Source: Peribolospora baueri
Lineage: Eukaryota
DNA: 63,551 nucleotides
Reading direction: 5' to 3'
Assembly (NCBI GenBank): GCA_029717555.1
Contig: JAMDHS010000109.1
Coordinates: 1-63,551, forward strand
The notes under the pieces were generated by a model. That model made no database searches. It saw only the letters and a list, made by a program, of their open reading frames with translations, and was not told the origin of the DNA. The first letter of the stretch is position 1. Every line of letters begins with the position of its first letter. Positions 48,655 through 61,778 of the stretch are shown here, one piece after another. Position numbers and translations under genes: made by a program.

Positions 48655-50604
48655 GTTGAGTGAGCTGTAGAGGGGTGAAGGACGAGGGAAGGAGAAGAAT
48701 GGGGGCTGCTCCGTTGCGGGGGGGATGCGGGGGCGTGTATAAATGTGAACAAAAACGCGGTCCCCTTCCTCCGTTTCTCTCGCACAAGCAAGCCTAGTCC
48801 GGCGGTGCGTGCGGTGGCGATCTGCTGCAGCCGTCCTCGCAGGGGGATGGAGATTAGGAGGGAGACGGCGTGCGTTGTATTGAAGAGCAGAGCCGACTGT
48901 CGAGACCCCGTCCATCCTCCTTGCTCGCCCCTCCGTCCTTGTCCTTGGCCTTCTCACGAGGATGCATGGCCGGACCGACGGCGATGCCAGGAACGAGCAG
49001 AGCAGCACGGACGGATGGGCGTGCTCTGTCGAGGTCGAGGGCGCGGCGAGTGGGTGGGGCGTGGCGTTGAAGACGACGTTCGGACGGCCAGCGAGCGCAA
49101 GCCCGGCGTGGACACGGGGGCCGGTCTGGACAGGATCGGGATCGACTCGTTGAGGTGATATGGGAGACCATGACCATGACCTGACTGACGTATGGACGCT
49201 GAGAGCCAGGTTGGCGAAGGAGTCGGCTCATACTCTGCCAGCGGGAGAACGATCGCCCTGACGCTGTCCCTCGAGCCCGTGACCAACTGGGCCGCCCCGC
49301 GCGGACAGCTCAGAGGGACACGGAGGACACCCCGTGCGCTGCGCTTGCCTTGCGGAGGGAGAGAGAGGGACGACGATGGCCAGTGAATGGGTGGGTGGCT
49401 CGTTTATGAGGCGGGCGTTGTCTCGGACGGCCAGGGTCGCCTCCGACGCTCCTATTTTGCCATTATATTGCGGGCTCGGAAGAATGGAGGCGAGGCGGAT
49501 CGTGCACGGTCAGTCGATGGGTCTCTCTCTTCGACGCTCTCCTCCGCTGTATATAACAGGGCCCATCGTCCAGATGCAGATGGAGACGACCTGACCTGAG
49601 AATGCGCTCCACGACGGGTGTTAAGTAGGCGCCGGGGGCTTAGGATGGATGCCACCTCTGCCGCCCACAGCGCCAGCCAAGCCAAGCCCCGGCCGGACGT
49701 GCGCGTTTGATAGAAAGCTAAGCCGAGAGTCCAAGTCGGCATCGACGGACATAGTCACGTTTGGTCCGGGCACGTTATTAACCGTCTTGCTATCCGTGTC
49801 CGGCGATCGTGTCATCAGTATTAAAAAATCGCATGTTTCACTCCACTTCCCTCGTCGCCGCTTACCATTGCTGCTTAGCTGTTGTTGCCCGTCGTGTTGC
49901 CTCCTTTACGCCACTGCCGTGCTCCGCGGACACCGGTGCCGACAGACGGACAGCTTCCGCCTTCCGGAGACTCCACCACAACTTTCCTTGCACACCACTA
50001 GCCCCCCGCCGCCCGGACGCTGTGCGATGAGGACCGGTCGGTGCCTGTCATCGCCGCGCTGTCAGAGGCCTTCCACATTCGTTCGTGTCGCCTTCCGTCC
50101 GCGATCAACGGCATCCATCCATGCCGCCAAGTCGTCGTGCCGTCGTTCTTCTTTCCGCCGTATCGACCACCGTCGCTTGCTTACGTCCTCAGCCTCACGC
50201 ATACAGTACGTGCGTCGCGTCTCCGGTCCGCCTCATGCTGGCGAGTGAGTCTGCGGATCAGACCAACGTCGGTCCACACCAAGTTCGAAGGACGCACGGC
50301 ACCAGACACCGGACTTAGCTCTTGGCCGTGCCCTGATGCTAAATAACGTCGGTGCCGGACCATGTCCGCCCGTCGTCGGGCTAGCACTGAACCGATCCTA
50401 CCCTGCGAGCACTATATTAAGGGAATGGGGGCCTCGTCTATATCCTCTTTATCTCTCGTCCTCCTTCCTCCCTCTCATTGACGCTTTCTTTCCAGCGCTC
50501 TGACACGTCCTTTCTGGCGCTCGCTGCGACTACGCACCGGAACGCATCACCTCCGCTCTCCTCCCGAGTTGCTGGCGAAACAAATAAAAACGCTTGAACC
50601 GGAA

Positions 50605-53600
50605 ATGGTCGCGGCTGCCATCAACCTCCCGACATCGTCCCTACCCAACCAGCATGGCATCTCTCCGGACAATCGGACCTGGACGCCGCCTGACTTCAGT
50701 ACTGACCCTGATCCCCTCCAGCTCGTTGACTGGCACGCGGAGAGGAGCCCAAACCATGTGCGGCACGTCTGGGAGGCAGCCGAGGGCGATGCTCAGGCTC
50801 AGAATGGATTGAGGCGCATGACCAACGCCGAGTATCGCAGGGCCGTCCATCGCTGCGCACGCTACCTCGCCTCGCACCTCGGCCCGAATTCGGGGAATAA
50901 GCGCTACACCATCGCCATCCTCGCCGCCATCGATTCGCTCACCTATTCCATCCTCTATTTCGCCATATGGCAGCTCGGCCACGTCTGCTTCCCCATCTCG
51001 TCCCGCAACTCCGCGCCTGCCGTCGTCCACCTGATCACCAAGGTCGGCGTGACACATGCCATCGTCGGCGGCGGCTCGATGCCCGACCTCTTTCAGCAAG
51101 TCGAGCAAGCCTTGGCCAAGGAGAGCAAGCAGGCGACCATCCAGGTCATCGAACCGCCGACGTTCGAGACCATCGCTCCCCAATATGGTCCCAACGGCCC
51201 CGACGAACCCGACGTGGAGCTCTTGTCGCCTCCGAAGAAGCCCGAGATGGAAGAACCGATGCTCATCTTGCATTCCTCCGGTGCGCTTGCCCCTTCCGCC
51301 CATCCTATCCTTCCTTTCCTCTTGCTCTGTGCTCTCCGACTGCCACGCTCAACCCTTGCCCCATCGTCCCGCCGCGGGGCACACAGGCTCGACCAGCTTC
51401 CCGAAACCCATCATCTATCGGTCCTTGCACCTTATTCAGTGTTTGGCCGCGCCCTGGTACGGTGAGGGCGACGCCTGCGGCTCTGGTGTGTCTTCTTTTC
51501 GCAATACATCCCACCCTACCCTCGCCCCGCTTTGCCGTTTTCTTGAAGACCCGTCGTTCACGCTGCTTTCGCCTTCTCTTCTCCGCTAGTCATCGGTGCG
51601 ATTGGCATTCCAGCCTTCCACGCCATGGGCGTCCATCAGCTCGTCTTGCAGCCGCCTTCCACCGGAGCCATCGTGGCCGTCCACCGCCCGACCTCACCGG
51701 TCATGGTCGCCACACCGGAGAACGTCCTCGCCGGCGTTGAGAAGACGCGGTGCGATAGCATGCTCGCCGTACCCGCCTTCTTGGAGGTGAGTGCTCGCTC
51801 GGGCTTTGACCTAAGTAAGGTGCCGGTCCGACTAACATTCGTATTGGGCGTGTGTGTTTGTTTTAAGATGTGGTCAAAGGACCCCGAGGCGATCAAGGTC
51901 CTCGCAAAGGTCGAAAACGGCGTGGTGAGCGTCACTTCTTCTGGGGTCTCCTCTAAATGCCTCTAGCCATCCCTTTGCAAGCCCCCTCGCTGATCGCGAA
52001 GATACCTTCCATCGTTTGCCATCTCAGTACTTCGGCGGAGGGCCCCTCAGCCGTCCTGCCGGCGACGTACTCGCAAGCCACGGGGTCAAGATCGTCAACC
52101 TGCTTGGAATGACCGAAGCATTCGGCGTGACGAAGTACCCTTGCAATCCCACTGGCGGCGCCGAAGACTCGGCCTGGGAGTACTTTCGCTTCGGAGACTG
52201 GGCCTGCATCCGATTCGAGGCGCAAGACGATGGTTCTGGCGTCTATGAGCTCATCTGCTGCGTGAGTGACATTCGAGATGACGACGATGCGTCGTGACAA
52301 CCTTCGTTCGTGGCCCCTTCAGACAGCTCAAATCGCGGTTCTTTCTACTCATCGGGTTTTTTTTTTTTGCAGACGAGCGACATCTACAGGCCGGCGTTCT
52401 TCAACGTGCCCGAGAAGCAAGAGTTTGCCACAAACGACCTGTTTGTCCAACGTACGTATTCTCCTCGCCTCTCTTCTTTTGTTCTTCTCCACCGGCCCGG
52501 TCCGGTCCGGCCCGGCCCGTCTGACCTTCCCCAACCCTCTCTGCAGATCCGAAGGACCCCACGCTCTGGCGTATGGTCGGACGGAAAGACGATCAGATCA
52601 TGCTTTCCACCGGCGAAAAGGTGCGACGACGACGACGACGGTCTTGCGCGTTTGCTGCGCCTCGTTGCGCCCTTCGCTCACCGATTCTTCGTCTGTCTTT
52701 TTTTTTTCTTCGCACAGACCAACCCTGGGCCCATCGGTAAGCAGAAGCAATACGACGCGGCCTAACTCCTTATCTTGCCTCGTATCCATCCCTCATCCTC
52801 ATCCTCATCCTCATCCCGTCCACGACCCATCTCAAGAGGGCATCCTCAAACAAAGCCCCTTCATCTCGGAAGCGGTCATGTTCGGACGGGCAAAGGAGCA
52901 GAACGGCGTCCTCGTCCAACCGGCGCCTGGACACGAATTCGACCCCAGCGACGAGAACAACTTGACAGCCTTCCGGAACAAGATTTGGTGAGACCCAAGC
53001 GCGAGCCCGACGGACGGGCCAGAAGCGGCGGCACCAAGACGGAGAGAGAAAGAGAGAGAAGCTTACAACCCGCCGTCCTTGACTTTTTGCAGGCCCAAAG
53101 TCGAGGAGGCCAACGCGTTCGCCCCGCAGCATTCGCGCATCTTCAAAGAGGTGAGCGGGAGTTCTCTTTTCTGCGAAGTGCGACGCGGCCCTCGCTCGCT
53201 CGCTCGCTCGCTCGCCGCATCGGTGTTGTCGTTCCTGTCTTAACTTTGAGCGCCCTACGCCTCGGACCTCGGTTCGCGTTCTACAGATGATCCTCGTCGC
53301 GAAGCCGTCAAAGCCTTTCCAGTTCACCCCCAAGCGTACCGTCCGGCGCAAGGAAATGATTCGCATTTATGAGGACGAGATCGAGGCGTGTTACAAAGCC
53401 GTCGAGGTATCATCCCGCCTCTCTGCCGGCATCGCTGCGCCGACATCGTGGTCCGAGCCCGAGACGCTTGGCTTCATCCGGACGCTCGTCGGCCAAATCC
53501 TCCAAAGCGGCGGGAGGCGATCCGAGGTGGCAGACGACGCGGATCTGTTCTCAAACGGCTTCGACAGGTGAGCGGCCACCGCACCGCATCGCATCGTGCT

Positions 53601-55336
53601 CGGCCGTAAGTTGAGCCGTCCCCCGTCCGCGTCGCTGACCGTCTCTACCGGCTCGGCTCATCCTATCCTGAAAAAAAAAAGCCTCCAAGCGACCCACCTC
53701 CGAAACTCCATCCTTTCCGCCATGCGCGCCAGCGGCGTGAAGACGGTCCAAAGCGTCCCCTCCGGCATCGTCTTCCAACACCCCACCATCGCTTCGCTCG
53801 CCGCTGCCATCTCTGCCGTCGCTCTCTCCGCCGCCGCCGCCGTCGGAAACGGCGTTCACCCATCCACCCAAAGCCCGGCTGCCGCCAAAGTGCGCGAAAT
53901 GGAAGCACTCGTCAAGGCGTACACGACCGACCTTCCCGCTCACAAGCCGGATCCGGCCCGCGGTGCGGCCGAGTCCGGCAAAGAGACCGTGCTCGTCACG
54001 GGAACGACGGGCGGCCTGGGATCTCACCTGCTCGCTCAACTCGTGGCGATGGAGTCGGTCGAGAAAGTTTATGCGATGAACAGACGCGCCAAGGACGGCC
54101 GGAGCCTGATGGAGAGGCAAGAAGCGGCCTTTACGGAGCGGCTCGGCAGCGCTGCAGCGGCTGGCAAAGTGCTGCAGAGCGCCAAGCTGGTGCTCGTCGA
54201 AGCCGCGACGGAGAAAGAGGACCTCGATGTTCAACCGGTCCTGCTGGAGGAGGTGAGCATGGGAACTTGCTCTGTCGCTTCTGCAGATCCCACCGGACTA
54301 ACCCCTCTCCGCTCCATCCCACCCCCCGCCCACTTCCCCCGCACCAGATACGGTCTTCAACGACCCTTATCATCCACAATGCGTGGCGGCTTGATTTCAA
54401 TCTTGCCTTGGCCTCGTTCAAGCCGCAGCTCGACTCCGTGGCGAACCTGGTTCGCCTCGCCCTGGGCTCTTCGCGGTCAACGCCACCTCGTATCGTGTTT
54501 ATTTCTTCTATCGGCGTCACGTCCTCGTGGACATCCCCTGGGTTCGTACCTGAAGAGCCGCTGCCGGACCTCAAGATTGCCGTCGGCGGCGGGTACGGCG
54601 AGGCCAAAGCGACGGCCGAGAGGATTCTCGAAAGGGTAGCAGAAACGACGGCTGTGAAGACGCTCAACATACGAGTCGGGCAGCTCGCCGGCTCCACGTG
54701 CAGCGGTGCGTGGGCCACGACGGACTGGCTACCGATGCTGGTCAAGTCGGCTGAAGATCTTGGCTGCTTGCCGGGCGGACAAGGGGTGAGTTGAGGGAAG
54801 AGACGGCTCGGACATGTCGTGGAGACAGAGAGATGCAGCCCCTGTGTTGCCGTGTCGCTCACCCTCGTCTCGTCCCGTTGCATCCTTTGCAGTCCATCAC
54901 TTGGCTTCCCGTCGACATAGCCGCCTCGGCCATCCTTGACTTCCGTCACTCGGCTTGCCAGACCCTTCATATCGTCCATCCGAACCCTTGCCCGTGGTCG
55001 GAGGCGGCCCGAGTGTTCTCGTCCTCCCTCGGCGCTCCGCTCGTTCCCTACGCCGAGTGGCTGCGCCGCCTGACGGAACGAGCAGACGATCCAAATGCCG
55101 CTGCGACGAATCCGGCGGTGAAGCTGGCTGACTTTTACGGGCACGGCACGACAGAGGTGGACGGCGAACACGAAATCATGGGCCTCCCCAGGCTCAGCAC
55201 GGACAAGGCCACGCGGGAAAGCGCCTCCCTGAGAAACGTTCCTCGCCTGGACGCCGAAGACGTCGAAAGTTGGATCGCCTTCTGGAGGCGCACAGGCTTT
55301 CTTCGTCCGCAAGCGGCGGACGTGCGGTCAGGTTAG
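50605..55336 (+). CDS. NRPS-like adenylate-forming reductase (A-T-R; carboxylic acid reductase type)
   Basis: FPISSRNSAPAVVHL, ILHSS|GSTSFPKPI (A3), PAFHAMG, GMTE (A5), FATNDLF (A7), GRKDDQIMLSTGEK|TNPGPI (A8), FTPKRTVRR (A10), GFDS|LQATHLRN (carrier), VLVTGTTGGLGSHLL, IIHNAWRLDFNL, GYGEAK, RVGQLAG. Confidence 0.92.
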
Positions 55337-56218
55337 GTTTCTGGGCTGAGCGACACCGCCGACACGTGCAGAAGGTTAGATTAGAAAAGAAGACTTGTCC
55401 CGGTACAATGGATCTCCCATTGACGATAGAGTCCATCATATCATCGCCCAATGTGGGGAGGCATGTAGACACGCACGGGACGTGCTCTTCTGTTTTTCTT
55501 CATATATAACTGCAACGTCTCCTTTCGCCCGCCTTTGGACGAGCTCGCTCTCCTCTCTCTCCTTTTCTTTCTCTCGCCCCGACGTCCAGTGTGTGAGCGA
55601 AGGGCGGACAGAGTGAAGCACGTGACGCTCCTCCTGGGCGACAGTGGTCGCCGTGTGCGGAGCCAAGCCGACGTTGCGTTGACAGGTCGCTCGGCAGCTC
55701 GGGCTTGGCCGATCGGCCTCCGCCCGGCAGCTCGGCACACGAAAGTGCCGCGGGCGGGCGACCGACCACCTCCACCTCCACCGGGAGTGAATTTTTATGT
55801 CGTCGGATTCGATGCGAGCATGAGGGACTCCTTCTCGTTCCACCACGAGCACCCTCGTCGCAACTGTCGGTGCCGTGGAGATTCCTTTGCCTTTTTCCAT
55901 CACAATTGCCCGTCGTCACCTTTCCCGCCGTCGCCTTGCTCGCCGTCATCGCCTTTCTCGCCGTCGCCCTTCTTCCTGTCCCTCCGCTGTGCCGCTCGGT
56001 TTGAACCCTGGAGGGACGGAAGGGAGAGAGAGAGTTTGGAGATACAGATACGTATGTATGGGTAGCCGCTCGTCATCCAATCGTCTTTTGCGACTTCAAC
56101 CCCGGCGCGCCACACTCGTTTTGCTCCTTTCCTCCGCTCGTCTTGCTTCTTTTCCGCCTGCCCCGTTTTCTGCCTCCACCCCGCCGGCCTTCTCTCATTT
56201 CTTCGGTCGCAGCAAGCT

Positions 56219-58346
56219 ATGAACGACCTCGAGAAGCTCCCTGTTTCCGCCCGAGACTCCAATCCGCTCACCGAACATGCTTCGCACTCCAGTGGTGATG
56301 ATGGGGACGGGCAGAAGGACGCGAAGGAGGACAATGGCAAGGACCGCCTCCTGGTCGACTGGGACGGCGACATGGACCCGTCCAACCCGCTCAACTGGTC
56401 CGAAACGAAGAAGTGGGCGGTCATCGTGGCCATCTCGACGGCGAGCATGTGCGTGACGTGCACGAGCAGCATGATCGCCCCGGCGTTCGCCGGCATCGCC
56501 AAGGAGTACCATGTCGGTACGGAGGTGGCCATCCTCGGCCTGTCGCTCTTCGTGGCTGGCTTGGGCCTAGGGCCGCTCTTCCTAGGGCCCCTCTCCGAGT
56601 TCTACGGGCGGAATAGGATCTACTACACCTCCTACATCATCTTCCTTCTTCTCAACTTGCCCGTCACGTTCTCCAACAACGTCGCCGTCTTCATGATCTT
56701 CCGCTTCGCCTCTGGCGTCGCCGGCTCCTCCTTCCTCTCCGTATCTGGAGGCTCCGTGTCGGACCTGTGGCCGAGGCATCGGGTGGGCAGGCCAATGGCC
56801 TTCTACACCGCGTCGCCATTTCTGGGACCCGTCATGGGCCCTCTCATCTCCGGCTTCATCAACCAGAACACGACATGGCGATGGACGTTCCGCGTCATCC
56901 TCATCTGGTGCGCCGCCGAGCTTGTCATCCTCTTTCTCTTCATTCCCGAGACGTACGGTCCGCTCTTGCTCAAGAAGAAGGCACAAAGACTCAGGAAGGA
57001 GACCGGCGATCCGAGGTGGAGGGCACCGATGGAGGAGAGCGAAAAGAGCGTCTTGAGGACTGTGCTCATCAGCTGCACCAGGCCGTTCAGTGAGCGTTTT
57101 CTCCTTTCACAGCCCGTGGTCCGTGTGGTTTGCGCTGACTCCCGGCTCTTTCTCCGCCCCATGCGCTCCTTGCATTGCAGAGCTTCTCGCCTTCGAACCC
57201 GTCCTCTTCCTCCTTTGTTTGTGGAGCGCCATTATCCTCGTGATTTTTTTTTCGTCACATTCCATCCGTTATGCCGTCCTTCCACTCACAATGCGCCTGT
57301 TATCTTATCGTCCAATCGCAGGGCATCCTTTACCTCTTCTTCGAAGCGTTCCCGATCGTTTTCCAGGAGGGGCATGGCTTGTGAGCACTCGGGTTTTCTA
57401 TTCACTCATGCCAGCCTTTAACTTTTGCATTTGCATCCTCACACTTGTGTCCCCTGGACTCCAAACAGCAACGTGCAATGTGGCGGGCTCGCCTTCCTCG
57501 GCATCGGCGTCGGCCTGATCCTGGGCCTCTTGAACGCATTGACCTTCTGGAGCACTCGTTACGAACGAGTCGTCAAGGCCAATGGCGGCTCGGCGCCTCC
57601 TGAAGCGAGGCTGCCCATGTGCATGCTTGGTGCTCTCCTGGTTCCGATAGGTTAGTGGAGATGGAGTTTCTGCGTGATAGGCTCGCGTCGAGACGAACGA
57701 ATGATGTCGCAGCTGGATGAGCTAATCCTCTTCCGGTGAAATGGGTGCAGGCATGTTCTGGTTCGCCTTCACCTCTTACCCGGCAGTCCACTGGATCGTT
57801 CCCGTTCTATCCGGCGTGCCGTTCGGCTGGGGAGTCATCATAATCTACATCGGCGTCTTCACCTATACCATCGATCATTACCGTATCTTCGCCGCGTCCG
57901 CTTTGGCTGCGAATAGTTTCATGCGGAGCAGCTTTGCGGCCGGCTTCCCGTTGTTCGCCACTCAGATGGTGAGTCGAGTCGTCGGAAATGGGAAAGCGAC
58001 CGAGTCCGACTGACGCAGCTCGGTCGGCCTCATCGAGTTCGGCGGGATCTGATGATGCGTTTACCGCTTTCCATGGCTGTGCTCGTTGCTCGACAGTACG
58101 ATCGCTTGGGCACGCCGGGCGCGTCCGCTCTCTTGGCTGGTCTTAACGTCCTCATGGTACCCCTTCCGTGAGCACTCTTTCCATCCCAGAGTAGCGAGGC
58201 CTCTTGGACTGCCATCAAGCTACGACAGTTTTCCCTCCGACTGACGCTTTCCTCTTCCTTTGCCCGTCTTCCACCCCCACTCCCGCAGTTTTCTTTTTTA
58301 CAAATACGGCCCCGCCTTGCGCTCGCGCTCGCGCTTCCTCTCGTGA
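56219..58346 (+). CDS. MFS multidrug transporter, DHA1 family
   Basis: VDWDGDMDPSNPLNWSETKKW, GPLFLGPLSEFYGRNRIY, SPFLGPVMGPLISGFI, WRWTF, IPETYGPLLLKKKAQRLRKETGD, PPEARL, YAASA-like FAASALAANSFMRS, YKYGPALRSRSRF. Confidence 0.93.
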
Positions 58347-59175
58347 TCTTGCCCATCATGTCATCTCTCGGCCTCCTTCCCTCCCTCCCCACTCCCCCTG
58401 TCAAGTTCGGTTTCATTCTCCATTTTATTCATGCTTAGACGGACTGGCCATGGCAAAATGTACCACACCATACATAGGCATTTCCAGTCGTCGCACTGGC
58501 CGAGCACTGACTGACATCGCAACAAGGCCCTCCCTTCCGCCCATCTCCGATCTTGCTTACGCCGCGTCGCGTCGATCCCGGAGATAATCGTCCGAACTGC
58601 TGCTATCACCAACTGCGACGATCCCCCAGCCTCGTCGACCGCTCGTCCCGTCTCGTCAGCATCACCGCCATGTCGAGTCATTACGAGCGGCCGGCTGGCT
58701 CCATTCCCATCCGCTCGACAGTGTTCCATACCAAACATCAGCATCTCCAGTCCATCCATCACAACTCACTGGCCGAGCACCGACATTGTGCGAGATGACC
58801 TCCGCCCATTTCCGATCTCGCTCGCGCCGCGTCGCCGCCGCACTCGGACGTATTCGTCCGATCTCCTATCGTCCAGTGCGGGGGACGGGTGGGAGGGAGG
58901 GGAGGAGGGGCAGGTCGTCCGAATATCCATGATCACCGCAACGTCGAGTCAGAGTCAGGGAGAGTAGCTAGCCAGCTGATCACTGCGCTGCTCGACCGCT
59001 CGTTGGCGTCTTCCAAAAGCCATACGGGTCGAGGTCAGAAGGCCGTCATAGAAGGAGACGGGCACTCAAGTTTAGATTCTTCGAGCCGTCTCTGTTCGCT
59101 TTTCCTCTTTTCTGCCTCTAGAGCTCGTTCAAAGAACGGCGGTTTTCCCTCCTCCTCGCTCCATCGCCGCTCCTC

Positions 59176-60454
59176 ATGGGATCACTCGAGCAGCGCTCTG
59201 CGGACGGCTCGCAAGACCGCCGGCCCGACGCTGGTGAGCGCATCCCGGCCGGAAAGACGTGGTCCACCGACGCCTATCGTACGAACGCGAGCTTCGTCTA
59301 CGACGCCAGCCACTCTGCCCCCGTACTCGGATTGCTGGACGTCCGGCCGGAGGATGACGTTTTGGAGTGAGTCCCCGATCGGTGCCGAGGCGATGTCTGA
59401 CGGCGAGGGGGTGTCGCGCTGGAGGGGGGTACTCGTTTGACCTTTACCTTTTGCCTGCCCCTGCTCATCGTGCACCAGTCTCGGGTGCGGCACCGGCGAA
59501 CTAACTATCCAGCTCGCCCGCACGGCTCGCTCCGTGGTGGGCGTGGACGCTTCAAAGGAGATGATCGCCGGCGCCCAGTCCCTGCTCGACCAGGTGCGCT
59601 CTTCCGTCCCCTCGGCTTCCACCACCGCCGCCAACGTCTCTTTCAAAGTCGTCGACGCGCAGCGCCTCGTGCCAGATCTGCTGCTGCAGCCGCCATCGTC
59701 CGCGTCCGCACCTTCTGTTCAGCCTTCGATGGAAGGAGCTTTCAGTGCCGTGTTCAGCAACGCGGCGCTGCATTGGATGACGGACGACCACGCAGAGGTC
59801 TTGAGAAGTGTCAAGATGGCGCTCAAGCCGGGAGGCAGGTTCGTGGGCGAGATGGGAGGGTTCGGAAACGTGCAGGGTGAGCGACGGGCGGTGTCGAAAA
59901 TTGCTTTCCTGCATTTCATAAGCGTCTGACCTGACCGGACCGTCCTTCTCCGCGTCCCGCTTGACGTTTTGCAAATACAAAGGTGTTCGAGCTGGCCTTA
60001 TCAACGCCCTCCTCACCCGTAATCTGCCTGGGCCGGACAGGGATCCTTGGTTCTGTGCGTCTCTCATGGTTTCGGAAATCGCATCCTTGGCGCCATGTAC
60101 GAAAATGCTCACACTTTCCCCTCCCCCGCCCATCTCGCCCTCCACTCAACGCCACTCTCTGTGTCTCTCTCAGTCCCGACGACGAAACACTACGCCCGTC
60201 TGCTTACTGAAGCGGGCTTCAACGTGTCCAGCATATCGCTCATCCCGCGTCCTACGCCTCTGCCCACTGGCGTCATGGGCTGGCTGCGCACGTTCGCGAG
60301 CCCGTTTACGGAGGGGCTGAGCGAAAAGGAGAGGGAGGAGGTGTACGAGGAGGTGTGCGAACGCGTCAAGTGGGATCTCAGGGACGACGAGGGACAGTGG
60401 ACGCTCATGTATGTCAGGCTCAGGTTTGCCGCGACCGTCCCGGAGATCGCCTGA
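59176..60454 (+). CDS. Class I SAM-dependent methyltransferase
   Basis: WSTDAYRTNASFVY, VLD|LGCGTGELT (motif I), VVGVDASKEMI, FSAVFSNAALHWM, LKPGGRFVGEMGGFGN, PRPTPLP, WTLMYVRLRF. Confidence 0.92.
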
Positions 60455-60679
60455 GTGGAACGAGGCGGATCGAGCTTGAGCAAGTCGAGGCAAATGCCTA
60501 GTTCCTTGGATTCTGGATCGCATCGTCCTTTCTATTATTTTAACGTTAAAATTCACATACGAGTCAGACTCTGCCTGTCAGATGCGAGCGGGCGGTGTGC
60601 TTTGTTTTGACGTCGTGTGGACAAAGAGGACACATGCGGTCGATCGGTCGCTAGTCATCAGGACGCTCGGTGGCCGTCT

Positions 60680-61096
60680 CTCTCGACGAAGTCACGGGTG
60701 GTCTCGGTGGACTTCTGGAGCTCGAGGACGGTCGCAGTGAGGGCGGTGAGCTTGGAAGACTGCTCGGCTAGTTGGGCAGTAACGGAAGTGGAGTTGAGGG
60801 AGCGGGACGCAAAGGTGAGGAGGGACTTGAGGTCGATGAGCTTGTTCATTTCGATTGAGCGAGATTTGGTTCCAGACCTGGCGCCCTCGATGAACTGGGT
60901 TGCAAGCTCGAGCGCTTTGACCATGGCTCTTGGGGGACTGGGCAGCGGCTGGGAGGATCCGGGAGATTCGCAGGGTGGAGGGCGTGGGGGGGGGTTGGGC
61001 GAAGGGGTTGGGGATGTTGATGGGCACGGCGTTGGGTCCTTGGGCGGGACTGATGTCCTCACTCCTGGGGCCCGCCGCCGTTCGACGAGCGGACAT
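60680..61096 (-). mobile_element. Possible 5' portion of a LINE ORF1 (Pro-rich then coiled-coil), truncated
   Basis: Intronless, C-rich coding-like strand similar in texture to 34375-35674; MSARRTAAG...(shift)...MVKALELATQFIEG...AQLAEQSSKLTALTATVLELQKSTE. No diagnostic motif, so this is inference. Confidence 0.45.
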
Positions 61097-61228
61097 ATAT
61101 ATGAGTAATGTCGAGTAGAGGGAAGGGCGATTGGGTATGAGGCTGACTACGTTGCTAGAAGGCGGTCTTTGTCTGGAGAGATGATGACCGTTGAAGGGGG
61201 GGAGTTGGGACGGGCATGAGTGGGTAGC

Positions 61229-61423
61229 TGTAACGGGACGGGCCTGTCCAACACCCATCCTGCCACTTGGCCATAAAAGGCACAATATCCCGCTGGTGGG
61301 ATACTTGGACAGGCCACATATATAGCTACCAGGCAGATGGATTGGATGATCTGATGGACTGGATGACGCCGCTCTGGGCACGGATTGGTACGGAACTCGG
61401 ATGTAACGGGCTGGACCGTTACA
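61229..61423. mobile_element. Solo LTR (195 bp) with 5-bp target site duplication
   Basis: Termini TGTAACGG...CCGTTACA (perfect 8-bp inverted); GTAGC directly on both sides (61224-61228, 61424-61428); internal TATATA. Confidence 0.88.
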
Positions 61424-61778
61424 GTAGCTCAGCAGAGTAATTTTTGGTTGGCAGTGGTTCTCTGCATCAGTGAACGATGCAATCAGGCCACCCGAACCAT
61501 GGCGTATTCTCAGAGATTGATGTAGTCACTCATCTGACCGACTCCAGCACTTTGGGAGCGAGAACCTAGATGCTCTTCCGGAGCCTGGAGAACCTTGGGC
61601 GGGTCAGTGGCTGTTCTCAACAACTCTCCAGACCTGGAAGGATGTATAAGCGTCAACAGCTTCTCTGAAGTTTTTTGACGCCACAAGGCCAGCACTCGTG
61701 AGACATGGTGTCCCAGAGAAAAAGATAAAAGAAGCAAAGCATGAAAGAGCCCAATTATAGAGAAAAGGAGCCAACACA

